Shown here piece after piece: positions 42,229 to 48,441 of a stretch of 48,625 nt of DNA. The notes under the pieces are model-generated. The model saw only the letters and a list, made by a program, of their open reading frames with translations. It was not told the origin of the DNA and did no database searches. The translations under genes were made by a program, and so were the position numbers. Position 1 is the stretch's first letter, and every line of letters begins with the position of its first letter. Location: positions 1-48,625 of the forward strand of contig DASRHX010000677.1 in NCBI GenBank assembly GCA_035650295.1. Reading direction: 5' to 3'. This DNA is from Bryobacteraceae bacterium (GTDB lineage: Bacteria > Acidobacteriota > Terriglobia > Bryobacterales > Bryobacteraceae).

Positions 42229-42503
42229 AGTCAGTACTTGTAGACAAACATAGTCGGTCTAAGTCAGTTCCATTCTTAGTCAGACTATTAAACCAAGTCT
42301 GACTACCACGCCCGCCCCCCTCCCGCGTGATGCTGCGCGTTTGTGCGATGCGGTCACAAGAGTCTACCGGTGCGTGTACGTCCGCTGTATGGGACTTGTC
42401 GCCACTTGTCGGAGATTGTCGGTGCGTGTACTGTCCGGGGTGGCGCAAGCCGTGGCAGGGTGGTTCCTGCCGCGCAACTCGTGCCGCAACTGTAGGAGTT
42501 CAC
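42229..42503. promoter_or_regulatory. Divergent control region of leftward and rightward operons
   Basis: Inverted repeat TAGTCAGACT-N9-AGTCTGACTA (42277-42305). Direct repeat CGGTGCGTGTAC(T)GTCCG (42368-42384, 42420-42437). Three TTGTCG at 42396, 42406 and 42416. CGCCACTTGTCG at 42400-42411. Confidence 0.6.
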
Positions 42504-42689
42504 ATGCATCCGTTTGCACTGCCGCGCGCATCGCGCCGGCCCGTAGCTGTCCGCAGCTACTTCCATCAGCCGCGCACTCGCGTGGTTTCCACTGTCAACC
42601 CGTTCCGTCCTGACATTGCACGCATCGCGCTCGCGGTCGTGATCGGCTTCCAGCTCGTGATGCTCGTCGCCTGCGCGGTGCTCGCGTGA
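42504..42689 (+). CDS. 61-aa protein with C-terminal transmembrane helix
   Basis: CTGTAGGAG box 5 nt upstream; ...IARIALAVVIGFQLVMLVACAVLA. Confidence 0.55.
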   Translation: MHPFALPRASRRPVAVRSYFHQPRTRVVSTVNPFRPDIARIALAVVIGFQLVMLVACAVLA

Positions 42690-43009
42690 AGGGCCGCTCA
42701 ACAATCACCGTACTTCCGGTGACAGCGCCCGCGCCCACGGTTCACGCGTTCAACTCTGGTCGGCTGTACACGACTGCCGGCCAGCGCATCGCGTGGACTG
42801 TGCTCGCATCCGGTGACGTGTTGATCTGCGACCTTGATCGGCAGATTGACGGCTACGTCCTCGCCTTCCCCAAAGACTTCGCGCCCACAGATCGCGACGT
42901 GCTGCACGCGTACGACTTGGGCGGCCGCATGTCATGGTCGGACGAAGTCGCAGCCCTTCGCCCCTTGCTGGCGGCCGCTGCGCGTCTTGTTCCGGCGGTG
43001 CGACTGTGA
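42686..43009 (+). CDS. Hypothetical protein
   Basis: GTGA overlap with the upstream gene. Confidence 0.5.
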   Translation: MKGRSTITVLPVTAPAPTVHAFNSGRLYTTAGQRIAWTVLASGDVLICDLDRQIDGYVLAFPKDFAPTDRDVLHAYDLGGRMSWSDEVAALRPLLAAAARLVPAVRL

Positions 43010-43272
43010 GCCCGCGTTGGGATGTGTCGGCCCACCGTCGCGCCCGCATCGCACACATGCGCAAAGCCAAGCGCGCTGCTGAGTTCGCGCGTGATCCGGC
43101 TTGCGATGTGACAACGCGCCGGATCTGGCGCGAGCACGCGCGGCAGCACGTTGCCGCTGCGCGCCGTGAGCACTGGTTGCTGGTCGCGCAGTCCCGCGCG
43201 ATCAGCGCCGGGATGTTCTTCCGTAAGACCATCGGCGCGCACCTGCGCGCCACTGCGAGCCGCGCCGCGTAG
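43006..43272 (+). CDS. Basic hypothetical protein
   Basis: GTG start in a GTGA overlap; Arg/Ala-rich. Confidence 0.45.
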   Translation: MSPRWDVSAHRRARIAHMRKAKRAAEFARDPACDVTTRRIWREHARQHVAAARREHWLLVAQSRAISAGMFFRKTIGAHLRATASRAA

Positions 43273-43352
43273 CGCGCTCCCTGTTGGCCATGCTCACGCG
43301 TGGCCAATGGGGGAGCGCACTACCGCGCCCCACAACTGTAGGAGCTACGCAC

Positions 43353-43538
43353 ATGCAGAACGTAAAGACCGAAGTCAAAGGGAACACGCTCACGATCACC
43401 GTGGACCTGTCCGCGCGCCTGGGGCCGTCGAAGTCCGGTAAGTCGGATCTGATCGCGACCACGTCGGGCAACGCGAGTGTTAACGCGCCCGGCGTTGGTG
43501 CCGTGAAGATCGGATTGAACGTGTACACCGGCCGCTGA
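43353..43538 (+). CDS. 61-aa hypothetical protein
   Basis: CTGTAGGAG box 8 nt upstream; MQNVKTEVKGNTLTITVDLSARLGPSKSGKSDLIATTSGN... Confidence 0.6.
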   Translation: MQNVKTEVKGNTLTITVDLSARLGPSKSGKSDLIATTSGNASVNAPGVGAVKIGLNVYTGR

Positions 43539-43625
43539 TCGCCGCGCCTCATGTACCGGGGTTCACTCCGGTACATGGGGAGCGGCGAATGGTTCGCACG
43601 CTCGCACACTGTAGGAGTTCAACTC

Positions 43626-44156
43626 ATGCCCGATGTACTCGACCAACTCGCACCCGTGCCCGGCATCGCCGCGCACCAACTCTACAAGCGCAACGCGGAC
43701 GGCAGCTACGCGCTCGCCGACACTGCGACGATTTGCAAAGTCGCCGACGTGCGCGGACGGCTCGCACTGCGCAAGGGATCGCCCGTGATGTCCGCGCCCG
43801 CCAATACGCGCGCGTTCCTGCGCGCGCACCTGGGCACGTTGGAGCACGAAGTTTTCGCCATGCTGATTCTCGACAATCGCCACCGGCTGATCGAATACGT
43901 CGAGCTGTTCCGGGGCACGATTGACGGGGCATCGGTGCATCCGCGCGAAGTCGTGAAAGAAGTCCTGAAACGAAACGGGGCGGCCGTGATTTTCTCGCAC
44001 AATCACCCTTCCGGCGTCGCCGAAGCATCGCAGGCGGATGAACTCATTACGCGCCGTCTGCGCGATGCGCTCGCACTGATCGACGTGCGCGTACTCGATC
44101 ATCTGATCATCGGCGCGGAAAACACGCTGTCTTTTGCCGAGCGCGGGATGATTTGA
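43626..44156 (+). CDS. radC: RadC-like JAB/MPN-domain protein
   Basis: CTGTAGGAG box 8 nt upstream; ...[46 protein letters not shown]. Confidence 0.85.
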   Translation: MPDVLDQLAPVPGIAAHQLYKRNADGSYALADTATICKVADVRGRLALRKGSPVMSAPANTRAFLRAHLGTLEHEVFAMLILDNRHRLIEYVELFRGTIDGASVHPREVVKEVLKRNGAAVIFSHNHPSGVAEASQADELITRRLRDALALIDVRVLDHLIIGAENTLSFAERGMI

Positions 44157-44221
44157 GCGATATCCCTGTTGCGCCTGCTCACGCGGGCGCAATGGGGAAA
44201 TCACTCAACCTGTAGGAGCGA

Positions 44222-44809
44222 ATGACAATGGACGAAAAACAATTTCACGCGCTCGCGGCGGATATCGCCAAGGCGTTAGGGGGCGCGGTCACGCGTCGCA
44301 ATGACACAGGCAATCCGCCCTTCGCGGACTTCGGCACGCGCGACGCGCTGCCCTTGAACGTCGCCACCGTCTGGAACGATGCCAGCAAGCTGCGGATATC
44401 CGTGGTCATGCCGCGCAAAGAGGACAGCGCTTGCCGGTACAGCGTGCGCGATATGTACGCGCGCAACGAGGTGACGCCGGACACGGAAATCGGCGTCAGT
44501 GCTGCCAAAGGGGCGGAGCGCATCGCGGCCGATATCAAGCGCCGGCTGATACCTGGGGCGACCGATGCACACCGGCGGGCCGTCGAGCGTCGCAACGCGG
44601 ACAACGCCTACCGGGCAGCAAAAGCGGCGACCGTCGCGCGACTGTGCAAGGCGCTTAAGTGCGAGGCGCGCGGCGAAATGGTGTACGCGGGCGCGTGTTC
44701 CTTTCAGGTATCGGGGCCGGAATCAATCCAGATCGATCGGCTGTACGTGACGCCCGATACCGCGCTCAAAATTCACGCACTACTGAAAGCCGATAAGGGG
44801 GGCGAATGA
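44222..44809 (+). CDS. Hypothetical protein
   Basis: CTGTAGGAG box upstream. ATG 44228 has the better spacing and may be the real start. Confidence 0.55.
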   Translation: MTMDEKQFHALAADIAKALGGAVTRRNDTGNPPFADFGTRDALPLNVATVWNDASKLRISVVMPRKEDSACRYSVRDMYARNEVTPDTEIGVSAAKGAERIAADIKRRLIPGATDAHRRAVERRNADNAYRAAKAATVARLCKALKCEARGEMVYAGACSFQVSGPESIQIDRLYVTPDTALKIHALLKADKGGE

Positions 44810-44898
44810 CGCACGCGCGCTTCTAACACGCTGACGAGCCCGGAAGGGCGAAACCCGCGCGACGCGGGTCCGTGTTTCAAACTGTAGGAGTTTCGACC

Positions 44899-45144
44899 AT
44901 GCCAAGAAAGAAAGCCGCGCCCGAAGGGCGCGAAACAAACGCGGACTTTGTCGCGCGCGTGATGGAGTTCTCGAAGTCGGGACCGCTCGCGCAACTGTTC
45001 GTCATCGAATCAATCCGGCGATACGCGGAGGCGTGCGCGGATGCGCCCCCGGAAAAGATGCAAACGGGGTTTATCTCCGGCGCGCAGTGGAAGCGTTGCG
45101 CGCAGGAAATTCACGCGGAGGTAACGCGCCACCTGGGCGAGTGA
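44899..45144 (+). CDS. Hypothetical protein
   Basis: CTGTAGGAG box 8 nt upstream; 81 aa. Confidence 0.55.
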   Translation: MPRKKAAPEGRETNADFVARVMEFSKSGPLAQLFVIESIRRYAEACADAPPEKMQTGFISGAQWKRCAQEIHAEVTRHLGE

Positions 45145-45217
45145 AACCAGTCAAGGGCGCACAAGGATGCGCGCCCCTTCGCTGGTTTCACATGTCCAAA
45201 CTGTAGGAGTAATTCAT

Positions 45218-45859
45218 ATGTTCACTGTCACTGTTTCACACAACACACTGCGCGCACTGGCGCTCATCGCCCCCAAAGACGATGTGCGTATTTATCTCAA
45301 CGGCCTGCTGATCGACACCACGACTCCGGGGCGCGTAATGCTGGTCGCGTGCGATGGACACCGGGCGCTCGTCGTCGGCAATGCCAAGGCCGGCGGTGAT
45401 ATCGACAGCCACCTGTCTCGGGGTCAATTTATCGTGCCGATTGAGGCGATCACGTCGGCCAAACCCGTGCGCAAAGATCCGATTGAAATTCAGATCGATC
45501 CGATCACGGATATTCGCGCGGACTACACCGTACGCGGGAAATTGACCGGAACCGGGCGCACGATTGACGGCCGTTTCCCGGACTGGCGGCGCATCATTCC
45601 GACGCTGCGCACGGGGCAGGGCGAACTCGCACACTTCAACCTGCAATACCTTGGGGACTTTGGGCGCGCGGCGGAACTGCTCGACTGCAAGTACCCGCAC
45701 ATCGTCCACAACGGGGAGTGCGCCGCGTGGATCAACCTGGGCTCTGACGCGTTCGGTATCCTCATGCCGATTCGCGGGGATACCGTGGTGGGCTGCGGCG
45801 GTATCGTGACGTGGCTCGACGCGGTAGCGCCGGAGTACGTAACCAAGAAGGCCGCGTAA
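45218..45859 (+). CDS. Truncated sliding-clamp (DNA polymerase III beta, DnaN) homologue
   Basis: CTGTAGGAG box 8 nt upstream. DVRIYLNGLLID...LVACDGHRALVV...IVP...GRTIDGRFPDWRRIIP parallels DnaN domain II-III motifs DVRYYLNGMLFE...VATDGHRLAV...LVDGRFPDYRRVLP, recalled from memory. Only 213 aa. Confidence 0.7.
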   Translation: MFTVTVSHNTLRALALIAPKDDVRIYLNGLLIDTTTPGRVMLVACDGHRALVVGNAKAGGDIDSHLSRGQFIVPIEAITSAKPVRKDPIEIQIDPITDIRADYTVRGKLTGTGRTIDGRFPDWRRIIPTLRTGQGELAHFNLQYLGDFGRAAELLDCKYPHIVHNGECAAWINLGSDAFGILMPIRGDTVVGCGGIVTWLDAVAPEYVTKKAA

Positions 45860-46066
45860 CCCGCTGATGATGGCCCGCGAGAAGGGCCGAAACGCCGCGA
45901 GGCGTCCGGGTATGAAAAACGTGTCAAGCAATTTTTGTTGGGGAAACCGGGAGCGCGGTTTCCCGGAATCGCCGGCAAACTACCGCGCGAACGAAGGGGC
46001 GCAAAAACACGTTTGATAAAATAGTGTTTCGCGCGTCAATCGCGGCGCGCGTCAACTGTAGGAGCA

Positions 46067-46300
46067 ATGATGACTAATACAAAGATGGCGAAGCTCGTCG
46101 CCGACTTGGACCGCGCCGAGTCCAAGATGCTGCGCGCATTTACCAAGTGGTCGAAGCTGCGCGCCCAAGTGCGACGAGCCGGCGCGAAGCTCGACAAGGG
46201 CGGGGCGGCGAACGAGTTGGGGAGCGAGTACGAACTGTCCGAAATGGCCAAGGCGGCGGGCGTGAAGCCGCGTGCGTGGCCAGCGCGCAAACACAAGTAG
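46067..46300 (+). CDS. Small coiled-coil-like hypothetical protein
   Basis: CTGTAGGAG box upstream; ATG 46070 has the better spacing. Confidence 0.5.
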   Translation: MMTNTKMAKLVADLDRAESKMLRAFTKWSKLRAQVRRAGAKLDKGGAANELGSEYELSEMAKAAGVKPRAWPARKHK

Positions 46301-46364
46301 AGCATTGCCGGTCGCGCATCCGAAAGGGTGCGCTTCCGGGAATTCTCAACCTGTAGGAGTCGAC

Positions 46365-46739
46365 ATGAAATTACATCACGATGAAACCGCCACGATACTC
46401 GCGGCGCTGCGCTGGTATCAGCGCGCGCTCGTTGCGCGCGGCGAAGTTCCACCGACGGAAGTCGCCGCCATCGCCACCAACGAGGGCGACTTGGAGCCAC
46501 TGGACAGCGCTGGCGTCGATGATCTGTGCGAGCGCATCAACTGCGACACCGATGGAATTGGGGCCGATGAATCCGCGCAACGCATCGCGTGTTCGGTGAA
46601 TGCCGTCACGCAGATTGTCGCGCTGCTCGACGGTAAGGAATGGGATTCTGAAACCATCTGCGCGGTCGCAAACATCTTGCGCGAGGAAGGGTTTCCGGTG
46701 CGCGATCTGGATGACGAGGAGGAAGCCGATGGCGGATGA
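46365..46739 (+). CDS. Acidic hypothetical protein
   Basis: CTGTAGGAG box 5 nt upstream; ILAALRWYQ...ends VRDLDDEEEADGG. Confidence 0.55.
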   Translation: MKLHHDETATILAALRWYQRALVARGEVPPTEVAAIATNEGDLEPLDSAGVDDLCERINCDTDGIGADESAQRIACSVNAVTQIVALLDGKEWDSETICAVANILREEGFPVRDLDDEEEADGG

Positions 46740-47010
46740 AACTCGGTACACCTGGGCGCAACTCGAAGCCGCTGCGTGCATGTGGCAACACGTATGGGAC
46801 GCAATACACCGTCGTAGAACAGGCGGCGATCCGTGGCTGGACTATCGCGACGCCTACGGAACCGTGGCCCTACGGTGCGCGGTAATTTCTCACGCGCCGA
46901 CATTGTTGGCTGCGTACGAAGCGGCACTCACGAACGGGTACAAAAAGGACTTCGATCTGGATTTCGTTCCGAACTACATGAAGGACCACGTCACGCGTAT
47001 CCTCACGTGA
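46729..47010 (+). CDS. Hypothetical protein
   Basis: Start set to ATG 46729 (GAGGAGGAAG SD), 11-nt overlap with the upstream gene. Confidence 0.5.
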   Translation: MADETRYTWAQLEAAACMWQHVWDAIHRRRTGGDPWLDYRDAYGTVALRCAVISHAPTLLAAYEAALTNGYKKDFDLDFVPNYMKDHVTRILT

Positions 47011-47082
47011 AGTCACTGATGAGCCCGTGCGATCCGGGCGAAACGGCGGGAGCCGTCTGACTATTCAACTGGGAGCAGAAAA

Positions 47083-47283
47083 ATGAGAAAGATGATTTTC
47101 GCAATGGCGGTACTGGCAGCCGCACCAGCATTCGCGGGGTCGGCATTCTGGACTGGCAATGTGCGATATGTGACAACCGTGTCCTATCAACAGGGCGTGA
47201 ACTGTGAGTACAACTACAACGGACAACTGTTCTGGCGTACGTTCGTTGGCTCATCGTGCCCGTCCACGGTGGAGGTGTACTGA
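47083..47283 (+). CDS. Small secreted protein with signal peptide and two Cys (moron candidate)
   Basis: MRKMIFAMAVLAAAPAFAGS signal-like N-terminus; own GGGAG SD; followed by a terminator. Confidence 0.6.
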   Translation: MRKMIFAMAVLAAAPAFAGSAFWTGNVRYVTTVSYQQGVNCEYNYNGQLFWRTFVGSSCPSTVEVY

Positions 47284-47332
47284 AAGGACACTACCTGCGA
47301 GGCAGGAGCCGTAACCGTAACAACGGCGAGTG

Positions 47333-47372
47333 AACCCCGGCGGAGTTAATTCCGACCGGGGTTTACTTTTTT
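47333..47372 (+). terminator. Rho-independent terminator
   Basis: AACCCCGGCGGA...TCCGACCGGGGTT stem followed by TACTTTTTT. It also abuts the stop of the convergent minus-strand gene. Confidence 0.7.
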
Positions 47373-47674
47373 GGGGTCTTCACGATTCGCGAATAGCGAA
47401 TACGCCGGCCGCGTATCTGCATGTTCGTTTCTACTTTCAACCGCCACTCAAGCCACGCGGCAAGCTCCTGCTTCGCGCGCGTCTCGTCCATGTAGTAGCG
47501 CGGAAAACCGTCCTGCCAGTCGATGTCCTCGACGCCGAAAACTTTTCCATCCCAGTGACCACGGTCGCAGTACGCGTTACGCGGCGCGAGTGTCACGTAT
47601 GCATTACCGATCCGGTAAACCTGACAGCCCCAATCCTCGTGGAAAAACCACTCGCGCGAGGGGGTGTCTTTCAC
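47363..47674 (-). CDS. 103-aa hypothetical protein, second gene of tRNA-proximal pair
   Basis: GTG start in a GTGA overlap with the upstream ORF; Trp/Asp-rich. Confidence 0.55.
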   Translation of the reverse strand: MKDTPSREWFFHEDWGCQVYRIGNAYVTLAPRNAYCDRGHWDGKVFGVEDIDWQDGFPRYYMDETRAKQELAAWLEWRLKVETNMQIRGRRIRYSRIVKTPKK

Positions 47675-47931
47675 GGCTTGGAAGGTTTGATCACGCGTAG
47701 TTGGTTGCGCTTCTCGTTTCTGCCGCCGATGCCGCGAATCGCCCCGCGCTCACGATCCGGCAGTACGTCACGCGGCGCTTGGAAAAGACTATCGAAAGAA
47801 TTCTCGTAGATGATGCCGGCACCTTGCACTGTGATGCTCTTCTTGCCGACGCGCAGCACTTCAACGAGCAATCCCGAATGGCCGACGATTGCGCACAGTA
47901 ACTGTCCGCGCTTGAACACTGCCTTTGCCAT
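47671..47931 (-). CDS. 86-aa hypothetical protein, first gene downstream of tRNA-Val
   Basis: GAGGGA SD; the ATG is only 32 nt from the tRNA 3' end on the same strand, with no hairpin between. Confidence 0.55.
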   Translation of the reverse strand: MAKAVFKRGQLLCAIVGHSGLLVEVLRVGKKSITVQGAGIIYENSFDSLFQAPRDVLPDRERGAIRGIGGRNEKRNQLRVIKPSKP

Positions 47932-47963
47932 GTCAGCGATCCCTCGTGGCAGTCATGGTGATC

Positions 47964-48038
47964 TGGTGCAGCCAGTAGGGATCGAACCTACGACCTCTCC
48001 CATGTCAAGGGAACGCTCTACCGCTGAGCTATGGCTGC
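47964..48038 (-). tRNA. tRNA-Val, anticodon GAC, CCA encoded
   Basis: Hand-folded 75-nt cloverleaf: acceptor GCAGCCA/TGGCTGC, D arm GCTC-AGCGGTA-GAGC, anticodon arm TTCCC-TTGACAT-GGGAG, variable loop AGGTC, T arm GTAGG-TTCGATC-CCTAC, then A-CCA. Confidence 0.9.
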
Positions 48039-48128
48039 GTGGGCCGGGAGTCTACAATCGGTTGACCGGCCCGCGCGAGCCCTCCCGGATACCCTCTTAA
48101 AAGAGTGGTACGCCAAACTGGTCCCGCA

Positions 48129-48394
48129 ATGGGCAGGCGAGCAGTCAACAAGTAGTCTAAAGCCTATAAAACAAGGCATTCGCACGCGTTTTACCTATGG
48201 TTGACATAAACAAGGGTCGATAGCATTCTGTCGGCCGCTGTCAGTCACTCGCGCGTAAGTCACTGTCTTATCAACTACCCATGTTCGGAATGTCGACATC
48301 TGGCGGTTGATGAAACCATGCTTTTTGCGCTAGTGTGGCAGGCGATGGGCAGGCAGAAAGTACCAACTTTCCAATGTGCATGATGCGGGCAGGC
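48129..48394. repeat. Direct GGCAGGC repeats and ATGTCGACAT palindrome between tRNA and integrase (candidate arm-type / regulatory sites)
   Basis: ATGGGCAGGC at 48129-48138 and 48345-48354, TGGCAGGC at 48336-48343, GCGGGCAGGC at 48385-48394; 10-bp palindrome ATGTCGACAT at 48290-48299. Confidence 0.4.
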
Positions 48395-48441
48395 GCGGTC
48401 GCGTAGCCCAGTGGTAAAAATTCAAACGAGGAACTGTAGGC

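Noticed and set aside
42203-42448. ORFs in the track inside the 42.2-42.5 kb control region (42203-42448 minus; the 5' extension of 42327-42689 plus)
   Set aside because: The region is AT-rich and repeat-laden, and the products are odd and lack SD boxes. The + ORF is better started at ATG 42504, behind the conserved SD box.
42490-46359. CRISPR-like array suggested by the regularly recurring CTGTAGGAG and hairpins
   Set aside because: The repeats are only 9 nt, the spacing is 250-850 bp and filled with ORFs, and each copy is positioned as a ribosome-binding site. This is not a CRISPR array.
48385-48430. tRNA-like fragment GCGCGGTCGCGTAGCCCAGTGGTAAAA upstream of the edge integrase
   Set aside because: It resembles an acceptor/D-arm start, but no anticodon arm, T arm or acceptor 3' strand follows, so a cloverleaf cannot be completed. 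At most it is a relic.
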